This document shows, in pieces, positions 45,045 through 55,973 of a stretch of DNA of 64,000 bases. Source of the stretch: Thraustochytrium aureum (taxonomy: Eukaryota); NCBI GenBank assembly GCA_012862495.1, contig BLSG01000086.1:187156-251155 (forward strand), in the 5' to 3' direction. The stretch's first letter is position 1; every line of letters starts with the position of its first letter. The position numbers and the translations under genes were made by a program. Under the pieces are notes generated by a model. It was not told the DNA's origin. It ran no database searches and worked only from the letters and a program-made list of their open reading frames with translations.

Positions 45045-46107
45045 NNNNNNNNNNNNNNNNNNNNNNNNNNNNNNNNNNNNNNNNNNNNNNNNNNNNNNNN
45101 NNNNNNNNNNNNNNNNNNNNNNNNNNNNNNNNNNNNNNNNNNNNNNNNNNNNNNNNNNNNNNNNNNNNNNNNNNNNNNNNNNNNNNNNNNNNNNNNNNNN
45201 NNNNNNNNNNNNNNNNNNNNNNNNNNNNNNNNNNNNNNNNNNNNNNNNNNNNNNNNNNNNNNNNNNNNNNNNNNNNNNNNNNNNNNNNNNNNNNNNNNNN
45301 NNNNNNNNNNNNNNNNNNNNNNNNNNNNNNNNNNNNNNNNNNNNNNNNNNNNNNNNNNNNNNNNNNNNNNNNNNNNNNNNNNNNNNNNNNNNNNNNNNNN
45401 NNNNNNNNNNNNNNNNNNNNNNNNNNNNNNNNNNNNNNNNNNNNNNNNNNNNNNNNNNNNNNNNNNNNNNNNNNNNNNNNNNNNNNNNNNNNNNNNNNNN
45501 NNNNNNNNNNNNNNNNNNNNNNNNNNNNNNNNNNNNNNNNNNNNNNNNNNNNNNNNNNNNNNNNNNNNNNNNNNNNNNNNNNNNNNNNNNNNNNNNNNNN
45601 NNNNNNNNNNNNNNNNNNNNNNNNNNNNNNNNNNNNNNNNNNNNNNNNNNNNNNNNNNNNNNNNNNNNNNNNNNNNNNNNNNNNNNNNNNNNNNNNNNNN
45701 NNNNNNNNNNNNNNNNNNNNNNNNNNNNNNNNNNNNNNNNNNNNNNNNNNNNNNNNNNNNNNNNNNNNNNNNNNNNNNNNNNNNNNNNNNNNNNNNNNNN
45801 NNNNNNNNNNNNNNNNNNNNNNNNNNNNNNNNNNNNNNNNNNNNNNNNNNNNNNNNNNNNNNNNNNNNNNNNNNNNNNNNNNNNNNNNNNNNNNNNNNNN
45901 NNNNNNNNNNNNNNNNNNNNNNNNNNNNNNNNNNNNNNNNNNNNNNNNNNNNNNNNNNNNNNNNNNNNNGCACCGCACAGCACCGGCAGCGCCCGATATA
46001 GCAGCGTCAGCGCGCCACCGGCAACGCCGGGCAGGTCGGCAGCACGAAAGTGCCAGCAGCGGAGACGGTCGGTTTTGGTTTAGTGCGCAGGGTGCAGGCA
46101 GCAGGCC

Positions 46108-48871
46108 ATGTCGTCCAGCGGCGGGATGAGCAAGCCGGCGCGCGTCGTGAAAAAGGCCGGCAAGGGAAAGAAGATCACCGCTCTAGCCTCTGGGGGCGGT
46201 GGCAGCGACGCAGCGCAGGAGGTCGCGCGTGAGGTGCGACGCGTGCCGGTCGACACGAGCGAGTTTGCACCTAGTGCTGACCCCTCTATCGCCGTGCCCT
46301 CACCAGCGCTCTTACGGAAAAAGAAAAAGAAGACGCCGCTCGTGCGCAAGACGCCGCCGCCAGCGCACCAGCGGCGCGGGACGAGACGGAGAACTCTATG
46401 CAACCGCCCACGCGCCGGTCGCGGCAGAGCTCGCGACCCGAGCAAGCCCATGCGCACAGCAGCTCCACGGACCCAAGCTCGAACCCCGCGCCGGCCCATG
46501 GCTCTGCCTCCAGATCTTACGACGACGAGGAAAAGGACGCTTCGAGGAGCGGCGATGCAGAAAGGGTTTCACTGAAGCCCGCAACCCCGAAACGCGTTCA
46601 ACCAAAGAAAAAGAAAAGCCTCGATGTGGGCGATCACGAGAGCCGGCAGCGCGAGCAAGAGGAGCGGGAGAGGCAGGACGAGATCAACCAGCTCCGACGG
46701 AGCAAAGCCGAGCGCGAGAGGGCCGCCCGCGAGCAGAAAGCGATCGAAGAGGACTCGAAACAGCCTGATCCACGACAAGATGCGAAGAGCGAGCGCCACC
46801 AAGCTGGGCCCGGCAACAACGAGGACGATTACGACGACGACTTTGAGGACTACGACGACGAAGACTTTGAAGAGGTGGACGAGGAAGCGGAGGCTGCCGC
46901 AAAGCTGAAATTGGCGGCAAAGTCGTCCAAGCCAGCCAAGCAAAACCCTTTCGCGCCAGACATGTCGCGGTCACGGCGGCGCCAAGAAGACTCGCAGGCC
47001 GCCGAGCCGGCGGCCGCTAAAGGCCGATTCAACAAAGTGCCGTCTGCGCGGCCGCGGCTCGGCTCGGGGAGCGGGAGCCGCCGCACTTCCGGGTCGGGAG
47101 TTTTGCGCCAGGACGCGGAGGACCTCGACAGCCTGGACACTGTTGGGATCCAAGTTGGGTCGCTCCCGCTCCTCAGCAAGCGAGCTCGGGAGCTCAAAGC
47201 GCTCGTGACTCTTCAGGAGACGCGCATTGACCTGTTCGAGCAGCATCGCTGCCCCCATGGGAGTTTTACATTCGCTCTGTTGGTGCGGGCGGGACGCGGC
47301 GCCAGACGTTTTCCCAGACCAACGACGACGCCGGCGACGCCGCTCTTCAGACGGAGGCGGTCNNNNNNNNNNNNNNNNNNNNNNNNNNNNNNNNNNNNNN
47401 NNNNNNNNNNNNNNNNNNNNNNNNNNNNNNNNNNNNNNNNNNNNNNNNNNNNNNNNNNNNNNNNNNNNNNNNNNNNNNNNNNNNNNNNNNNNNNNNNNNN
47501 NNNNNNNNNNNNNNNNNNNNNNNNNNNNNNNNNNNNNNNNNNNNNNNNNNNNNNNNNNNNNNNNNNNNNNNNNNNNNNNNNNNNNNNNNNNNNNNNNNNN
47601 NNNNNNNNNNNNNNNNNNNNNNNNNNNNNNNNNNNNNNNNNNNNNNNNNNNNNNNNNNNNNNNNNNNNNNNNNNNNNNNNNNNNNNNNNNNNNNNNNNNN
47701 NNNNNNNNNNNNNNNNNNNNNNNNNNNNNNNNNNNNNNNNNNNNNNNNNNNNNNNNNNNNNNNNNNNNNNNNNNNNNNNNNNNNNNNNNNNNNNNNNNNN
47801 NNNNNNNNNNNNNNNNNNNNNNNNNNNNNNNNNNNNNNNNNNNNNNNNNNNNNNNNNNNNNNNNNNNNNNNNNNNNNNNNNNNNNNNNNNNNNNNNNNNN
47901 NNNNNNNNNNNNNNNNNNNNNNNNNNNNNNNNNNNNNNNNNNNNNNNNNNNNNNNNNNNNNNNNNNNNNNNNNNNNNNNNNNNNNNNNNNNNNNNNNNNN
48001 NNNNNNNGTGCACGTTGACACGGTTTTTGCGTTTCGCGGGGTTGGCGGCAGCTCGGCGCGACGCGGCAAGGACGCCGAGTCGCTCCCTGGGCAGCTCGCG
48101 ACTGCGCTGGCGTTTAGCCTCGGGGACGCTGGACAGCTGTTTGTGGGCTCCACGAGCGGCAACGTTGTTCACTGTGCACGACTCGGCGAGCCCGTTGCGC
48201 CACGCGCCTACGTCCCGGGCTCGGGGCTGGGGATGCGGCCTGGGCTCATTCCGAGCGCAGACAGCGGCGGATCTGCGATAACTTGCATCCACTTTCACCC
48301 CGGGCTCTGCGACTACTTTGCGGTGGGCTTTGCGTCCGGCTCTTTCGCGGTGTACCAAATCGGGTCCCCTGTTCCAGTTAGGACGTGGGCAACAAGCACT
48401 GCAGCTGACCCTTCGAGCGGGTCCGGCTTCTCGCCGGTCGCGGCCTTGCGGTGGTCTTCAGCGAGTCTGACCACTCTCGTCGTCATGGATGCCCTCTTCA
48501 ACGTCTACGTGTGGGACTTTGGACGCGACGACGCCGAGCCGGTCGCGTCCGAGCAGCTGGTGGGTCGTGGAGGGCCGTCGAGTCTGCGAGCCAGGCCGAT
48601 GCTGGCGCTTTCGTCCGCGATCGTGCGGACGATGCAACCGAGCCTCGTTGCCGTGGACGGGGAAGGCAAAGTGGTGGTTCACCGCCTCAGCGCGTCGCTC
48701 TGTGCGGCACCGCCATGTGCAACGAGCGACCGAGAGTGCGCGCCGCGGCGGGGCGAGAACGACTCGACTGTCTCGAACGGCTGGAGGCTGCCTGAAGGGG
48801 TTGGCGGACGCGGGGATGCTCGCTCCGCGGCTTTGGCGGCAGCAGAGCGCGCCTTTTCGAGCCTGTACTGA
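46108..48871 (+). CDS. DYNC2I1: Cytoplasmic dynein-2 intermediate chain WDR60/FAP163 (frameshifts ~46300 and ~47245; internal gap)
   Basis: Charged N-terminus, YDDDFEDYDDEDFEE and RARELKALVTL..DLFE. The shifted frame gives LPPWEFYIRSVG..QTFSQTNDD...QTE, resembling WDR60 YDMYIRNFG..QAYVQCNED..QTEE. C-terminal WD40 repeats follow. Confidence 0.78.
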
Positions 48872-49023
48872 TCGGGAGACTGGGTGTTGAGGGGAGACTC
48901 CTCAACATAGATCTGCAGCGATTGAGTTAGGAAGTACGCTATTGACACTTGCTTGGATTTTGCACACAGGCCTGCTTCAGCATCGTTCGGGGTCCCCGCG
49001 CAGCGCGCTCTTTCCGATCGCAA

Positions 49024-49575
49024 CTACTTGAGGCGTCCCTTGAAGAGGCTCTCCGATTTTTCCTTCTGGTCTGCGCTCCACGCGGTGTACGCAGCTTTGA
49101 ACTTGGCAAGCTCTGCGCGAATTCCCGCGTCCTTGGGCGCCTGGCGCGCCGCGGTCATGAGCGCGGCTTTTGCCTCGTCGAACCGTTTGAGCTGCAGGTA
49201 GGCCTGGCCGAGCCGAAAGTGGGCTTTCGTCATCGTCGAGTCGAGCGCAATGGCCTCCAGCGCCACGCTGACGGCCTTGTCCGGCTTGCCAAGTTTGAGG
49301 TATGCCGCGGCGAGGTTGCAGTATACCGCTTTCTTCAGGTCCTCCACCTGCGCCTCCTGCTCCTCCCCAAGAAACTCCTTGGCGTACTGCGCCATGCTGT
49401 TCTTCCGAGACACGAGTCCATTCACATACGCAAACACAGTCCTGTACTTGACCACGGCCTTCGAGGTCTGGCCGCTCTTCAGCAGCTCGTTCCCCTCCAG
49501 TTTGAGAGCCTCGGCAGCGGCAATCTTGTCGTCCACAGTCGCCGGAAGCCCGGGGCTCTTCTCACTCGTCGCCAT
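49024..49575 (-). CDS. TTC9/FKBP-type three-TPR protein
   Basis: ALKLEGNELLKSG..KAVVKY, VYCNLAAAYLKL and KAHFRLGQAYLQL..FDEA. Confidence 0.88.
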   Translation of the reverse strand: MATSEKSPGLPATVDDKIAAAEALKLEGNELLKSGQTSKAVVKYRTVFAYVNGLVSRKNSMAQYAKEFLGEEQEAQVEDLKKAVYCNLAAAYLKLGKPDKAVSVALEAIALDSTMTKAHFRLGQAYLQLKRFDEAKAALMTAARQAPKDAGIRAELAKFKAAYTAWSADQKEKSESLFKGRLK

Positions 49576-50487
49576 CCTCTCGAGCAGTCGCCCGATCGTT
49601 CGCTCGCCCGCTGGCTCAATCGACCGCCACCGCCGCAGCAGCACACGGGCGCCCGCCGAGTTTGGAGTTCGCCACGCCGACTGCTGCTCGTCTTGCTGGT
49701 GCTCGGCACTGCTCGCATTCCTTTACGATCAAAGGAGCAGTTCCTTGTCTCGTCCATGATGATCATGGTGATCTGTCCTGCATGACCTGCAGGAGTCTGG
49801 CCTGCCTGCCTACACTGCACGCACGCACGCAGGCCCGTGCGCTCGACGGGGCGTGGAGGACGCGCTCGCGCGCGATGTGTCCACTCCGCGTGCGCGACGC
49901 GAGCTGCAGATTGCGGCCTCGCGTCGCTTCGATGGCGCCTCGCGTCGTCCGATCAAGCCATGGCAACAGGCCCACNNNNNNNNNNNNNNNNNNNNNNNNN
50001 NNNNNNNNNNNNNNNNNNNNNNNNNNNNNNNNNNNNNNNNNNNNNNNNNNNNNNNNNNNNNNNNNNNNNNNNNNNNNNNNNNNNNNNNNNNNNNNNNNNN
50101 NNNNNNNNNNNNNNNNNNNNNNNNNNNNNNNNNNNNNNNNNNNNNNNNNNNNNNNNNNNNNNNNNNNNNNNNNNNNNNNNNNNNNNNNNNNNNNNNNNNN
50201 NNNNNNNNNNNNNNNNNNNNNNNNNNNNNNNNNNNNNNNNNNNNNNNNNNNNNNNNNNNNNNNNNNNNNNNNNNNNNNNNNNNNNNNNNNNNNNNNNNNN
50301 NNNNNNNNNNNNNNNNNNNNNNNNNNNNNNNNNNNNNNNNNNNNNNNNNNNNNNNNNNNNNNNNNNNNNNNNNNNNNNNNNNNNNNNNNNNNNNNNNNNN
50401 NNNNNNNNNNNNNNNNNNNNNNNNNNNNNNNNNNNNNNNNNNNNNNNNNNNNNNNNNNNNNNNNNNNNNNNNNNNNNNNNNNNNNNT

Positions 50488-51503
50488 GGGCGGTGAAGAA
50501 GGCGCCGCAGCGCCCTGCGGCAAGTGAATATGAAGAAGCGAAGAGAGATTCTGGAGGCGCTCAGGGAGGACTCGAGGATTTCGTCCCTGGAGGGCAAATT
50601 GCAGCGCGTCTCGTCAGAGGCAGAGGCGTACCGTCGGTTTGCGGAGCGCGAGATCGGGGTCGATGCAGGCAGCCGAAACCGATCGAGCAACTCCAATCTC
50701 TCTTGCAGGATGAGCAGCGCAAGACCAAGGAGCTCAACGCGCAATGCCAGCTGTTGCAAGCCGGGCTGCAGAGCGCGCAGACGGCGCGCGAGGCTGCCCT
50801 GCAAGCAGAAGTAGACCGTCTTCAGCAGGAGATGGAGAGCGCCAACGCCCTCGCCCTGGTCTTGCAGAGCGCACACGATGCAGAGTCCAAGACTTTCGAG
50901 GAGGCAACGACCAGTATTTCGCCCGCGGCTCCGACCGCAAGCGCAGGCTCCTCTGCTCTGGGGCCGGCTTCCGTGGCTGCAATCGAGCGCGAGCGCACCT
51001 TGCAGAACGAGCTACGCTTGGCAAAAATCGCGCAGAGGCAAGCCGAGCGCAAGCTCGAGCGCGAGGCACGGCGAGCCGACAGAGCCCAAGCCGAGGCGGA
51101 CGCAGCCCGGTCCGAGCTGGAGAGCCTGCGACGCGAGCAGGGCGTCAAGGACTCGCAGCTAGATGCCATGCGAGCCGACCTCCAGGACATGCTGTCTTCA
51201 GCGCGCCCTGTCGTAGCGGTGTCGACGCCTCGCGGCCAAGTCAGGCGGCACAGCAGCGAGGCCAAGCTCGGCGACGAGGAGGCCAAGCAAAGCGACGCGC
51301 TGGCGAGCCCAGCAAGCGAGAGCGCTGGCGGGGACGGCAGCGCAGGCGAGGAGGACTTTGAGGACGTCATGGCCACTGAGCTCGCCGCGATGCGCGAGTC
51401 TTACGAGGCCAAGGTGGTGCAGCTCCAGGAGGAGCTAGCAGGTTCGCGTCGCCAGATCAAGGAGCTAAACGAGGAGATTGGATCCCTCCGGCTCCAAGGC
51501 TAG
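50488..51503 (+). CDS. Coiled-coil hypothetical protein, 3' part (start in or near gap; frameshift ~50675)
   Basis: E/Q/L/R-rich heptads across ORFs 50524-50814 and the 49662-51503 frame. Confidence 0.65.
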
Positions 51504-52236
51504 CGGCGGCCCGACCCGGGCGTCTGGCGCCAAGCTGCTGCGGCGCACGAGGCGCAGACGCCTGCATGGAATAGCTTTGTTGCCCAAACCAAACCCAACT
51601 TGCCTGCCTGCCTGCCTTGCTTGGGTGGCTCCTTTCCACGATCGCCACGGCTCGCACCGCCCAGCATGAATGCCGGAATCGCGAAGACCTTCGCACAGCG
51701 GGCATGTGTCGGACTTGCACATCTTGGCAGACTCAAAAAACCTCGATGGCAAAGTCGACGCGCCAANNNNNNNNNNNNNNNNNNNNNNNNNNNNNNNNNN
51801 NNNNNNNNNNNNNNNNNNNNNNNNNNNNNNNNNNNNNNNNNNNNNNNNNNNNNNNNNNNNNNNNNNNNNNNNNNNNNNNNNNNNNNNNNNNNNNNNNNNN
51901 NNNNNNNNNNNNNNNNNNNNNNNNNNNNNNNNNNNNNNNNNNNNNNNNNNNNNNNNNNNNNNNNNAAGGCGTGCCAAGGCGTGTGGGCCTCCACCACACG
52001 TGCAGACCGCGAACGCATCAGCCGTGCTGCTTGCGGGCGCCTCCGACGGGCGGGCTCGACGCGCGTTGGAGCCTCGGCTTGCTTGTCGCAGCGAACAGCA
52101 AGACAGAGTGTCGCTTGGGGCAACAAGCCCGTCACCCTGGCGAGGCGGGCGACGAAGCTGAGCTCCTGTCAAACGCGAGCGAAGCACACGCTCGCGGGCC
52201 CGGACCAAGGAGCGAGGCACTGTGAGGCAAGGCGCG

Positions 52237-53175
52237 ATGGGGCAGAGGCAGCGCGACGCCAATGTCGCGCTCAAGACGAGGTTCAGGCGGTTTGTGGGGC
52301 TCAGGTGGTGGACGCCGTCGAGAGCTGTGCCCCACGGCGCGACCGGGGCAGTGTGCCTCGCCAGCGGGGCGTGCTTGGTCGGCATGGCCTTGTTTGGCGT
52401 CGCGTTTGACGCAGAGGGGCAGGCGCAAAGCGCGCTGCTGACCTACGTGTACCTAGCGTCCGCCGCGTTGAACGCTGCTGGAGGGTGGCTGATGAGCGCC
52501 AGCGCCGGCAAAAACGCAGCAACCATGTTCCGCCTCGCGAGCGCGCTTCAGGGCTTTCTGGTTTACTTTGCGTGGCGATTCCTTGCGCTCCCGGACGCGG
52601 TCGACCTGGCCGCTCTTCGTGCCTGCGACCTCGCCTTCGCGCTTGGGACGCTGGCAATCATCGCCGTCATGGCCGCCTCGGCATGGGCGCAGACCAACCT
52701 CGCCAGCGGCCCCTTCGTGGCCTCCGCGATCACGGCAGGTTGCTTGAGCTTGCTCCTTCTGACTGGGTATCCGATGCAGCTTGCGCTTGGCGGGCCCGAG
52801 TGGTACGCCTGCGTCATGGACGAGTACCCCATGCAGCGCGCCGGATTCGTCTTTTACGTCTACATCCCGGCCACCTTTGCCTTTGCAGCGATGCTCTTTG
52901 GAGCGACGCTGCTTGCGCGGCGCGTGATCAGCGAGCGGTTCTTCGGGGTCTTCTTCGTCGGGCTCATCCTTGCCACGCTCTTCTCCACAGTGCTCACGCA
53001 AGAGGTCCACATTCCGTGGGTGTCCACGCAGCGGCTCCTTATCCAGTGCCCTCAGCATGACCGAGATTCATTTATTGGGGGGCTCTCCGATGCCCTGGAC
53101 ACGAGCCGCCTGGCTCAAAACGTGTTGGCTCTTATCGGCGCCAACACACCGCTTCCACAGCCAGAGGAGATTTAA
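52237..53175 (+). CDS. Multi-pass membrane protein of unknown function (~7 TM)
   Basis: 312-aa ORF with repeated hydrophobic helices and host-like codon usage. Confidence 0.75.
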   Translation: MGQRQRDANVALKTRFRRFVGLRWWTPSRAVPHGATGAVCLASGACLVGMALFGVAFDAEGQAQSALLTYVYLASAALNAAGGWLMSASAGKNAATMFRLASALQGFLVYFAWRFLALPDAVDLAALRACDLAFALGTLAIIAVMAASAWAQTNLASGPFVASAITAGCLSLLLLTGYPMQLALGGPEWYACVMDEYPMQRAGFVFYVYIPATFAFAAMLFGATLLARRVISERFFGVFFVGLILATLFSTVLTQEVHIPWVSTQRLLIQCPQHDRDSFIGGLSDALDTSRLAQNVLALIGANTPLPQPEEI

Positions 53176-53394
53176 GTGCCATCGGCCCATCGCCTACCCT
53201 CACCGAGCCAGCCCAACAAGTATTCTGTGCAAGTAGGTAGGCCTACATTAGAATTTGATTTTGTGTTCCCTCCCTCTGGAGCTTGCGTTCCAGCGTGGTA
53301 CGTCCTCCAGGGGTCAGGTTTGCAATGGCGAAACCGCACTCCGAATGCAAAAAGGCGCGAACACGCGCTGGGGGCAGGTGCGATGCAAAAGCTT

Positions 53395-54335
53395 CTACTT
53401 GCGCTGCTCCTTTTCCAGGTATTTGACGTAGTTGTACGCGCAAAACCCCGCGAGCGAGACAGAGTACCCGAAAAACTGGAGCGGCGTCACGAGCTCCCCC
53501 ATCAGCACCGCGTTAAAAATCACTAGCAGCGCGTTGCGCGCCGTGGCCAGCAGCTTGAGCAAAAGCGCGTTGCTGAACTGGATGACGAACGTGTTGATAA
53601 CGTTTGTCATGATCGCGAATACGCAGGACAGGATAAAGGCGTGCGCATTCGCGCTCAAGACAGCAAGGTCGTCCACTGTTAGCCTGGGAATCTCGAGGAC
53701 GAGCGCAAACGCAAATACAAACACCGCGCTCGTGGGCGTGATGTAGTACAAGGTCTCAACCAAGTCGAACTTGAGGTCCTGCAGCACGAGCTGCGTGAAG
53801 ATGAGCTTGAGCGCCTCGAACGCTTGCGCGAGCAGCATGCAGCAGATCCCGACCAAGCTAAAGTTGAGCTCACCAAACCCAGCAATCGCCGTCCCGAGGC
53901 AGATGATCAGCACACATCCCACCACGCGTATCGTCGGACTTTCAAGCTGAAAGAGGACGAGGCCGAGCATGGTCATGACCGGCGTGAAGGCCTTGAGCAT
54001 CTGCACGAAGGCCACCGTAAGATACAGGTAGCTCGCCATTCCGAGCACAATCGTGCTTCAAGTTGGGGCGCAAGGTCAGGCGGCTGCAATTTTCCGGGTG
54101 GCGCAGGGCTGGCCCCGCCCAAGCAATCAGTGCCGCAACTCACCCCGCAGAAAGCGCTCCGATCGGACAGATCCGGCGCAAGAAAAACTCTGGCGTCATC
54201 ATCTCGGCGTGCTTGAGCTTGAGCCCTGTTCCGGCGACGTAGATCCAGCAAGCGAGCGAGCAAAACACCAACGTGATCAGCGTTAACAACAGCGGGAACT
54301 GAAAGTCCAGATCGCGAAGGATGTACTTGTTGCTC
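53395..54335 (-). CDS. Triose-phosphate / nucleotide-sugar transporter (TPT, SLC35E-like; intron 54056-54143; first exon in gap)
   Basis: NKYILRDLDFQFPLLLT, PIGALSAG|TIVLGMASYLYLTVAFVQMLKAFTPV, GELNFS, TLYYITP and QFFGYSVSLAG..YNY. The intron is GTGAGT...GAAG. Confidence 0.9.
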
Positions 54336-55973
54336 CTTCGAGCAGCGCAATTCGGGATCCGCCAGGGTTAGTGCACCTGCCAGCAAGGGACTCTCGTTTC
54401 CGCCTGAAAGCTGTTTGCAGCCTCGCTCCAGGACCGCGGGTCGCCTGAACCGCATTGCGGCGAGAACTTACANNNNNNNNNNNNNNNNNNNNNNNNNNNN
54501 NNNNNNNNNNNNNNNNNNNNNNNNNNNNNNNNNNNNNNNNNNNNNNNNNNNNNNNNNNNNNNNNNNNNNNNNNNNNNNNNNNNNNNNNNNNNNNNNNNNN
54601 NNNNNNNNNNNNNNNNNNNNNNNNNNNNNNNNNNNNNNNNNNNNNNNNNNNNNNNNNNNNNNNNNNNNNNNNNNNNNNNNNNNNNNNNNNNNNNNNNNNN
54701 NNNNNNNNNNNNNNNNNNNNNNNNNNNNNNNNNNNNNNNNNNNNNNNNNNNNNNNNNNNNNNNNNNNNNNNNNNNNNNNNNNNNNNNNNNNNNNNNNNNN
54801 NNNNNNNNNNNNNNNNNNNNNNNNNNNNNNNNNNNNNNNNNNNNNNNNNNNNNNNNNNNNNNNNNNNNNNNNNNNNNNNNNNNNNNNNNNNNNNNNNNNN
54901 NNNNNNNNACGGCTCGCCCGTTGAGCACAAGGGCTTGCTTTCTAGCTCAGCCCTCGCGGGTCGCCTGCGCGCAGCGTTGCTTGTTGGTGCCCTGCCGCTC
55001 GCGTGTGCCGAGTCGCGCGCGCGTGGAGTACTCTACTGTGTGGGTGGTGAAGTGTACGCACGCGTCAACGAGCGTCAACGAGCACGAGGCTCGCGCGACG
55101 ACAGAGACCTCCCCGATGACGTGGAGACAGACAGACGCACAGCGCCACACGCACTGCACTCGTCCCAGAACAGGATGCCTTGCTGGGCACGACGACGACA
55201 GCGGTCGCCCAATGCGGCGAGGGTGCGCGACCGCCTGCAACAGGTGGCAACTCCGGTGCCGCGACGAAGCGGGTGAAAAGCGCGGCGGGGCCTTACCAAC
55301 TGCAAGTTGTCACGGTTGCGCAAGTTGACGCGGCGCGGCATCGCGTCGAGCTCGTCATGAACAGGGCGCGCCCGATTCAGAGCTGCATCGAGCCGGCCAT
55401 GGAGTCACTGAAGGCAAGGCCGCGAAAAGCCACTCCAGGAGGCGTGGTTCAGGGGTCGGGCGCAGCCGCAGCGCGCAGGCAGCGCGCAGCGCCGAGCTAG
55501 GCAGCGCGAACGCGAGCACCCTGGCTGGCTGGCTGGCTGGCTGCTCAAGCTGGCTAGCCTCGCGCGGCAGCCGAACTCGGGTCGATCGACGGCGCTGGCG
55601 CTGGCGATGGAGGGTGAATTGAAATTGGAGTTCAGCCCCTTACAGGCGGGTCCAGCACGCTCAAGAGATGATGAACGAATTGGCCGACCAAGGTCTTGAA
55701 TGTCGCGGGCCAAGCAAGCAGAGCGCGGACCGAACATGTGAACATGTGCAGCGCGCGCACGCAGTCCAGGCAGATGTGTCCAGACAGATACCCAACGCGG
55801 GACGGGACGCCTCGCAGCCTTCTTTGGCCGTAGACGGGCTGGCCGCGGCCTCGGTACTGTGCTGCACACAGACCGGGAAAGAGCGGCGCCGGCGCAGAGC
55901 AGGCCCGCCCGCAGCACCGCCCGCTGCGCCGTGCCGGCTGCAAGCAAGGAGCTGCGTGGTTGTGCCGTGTGAA

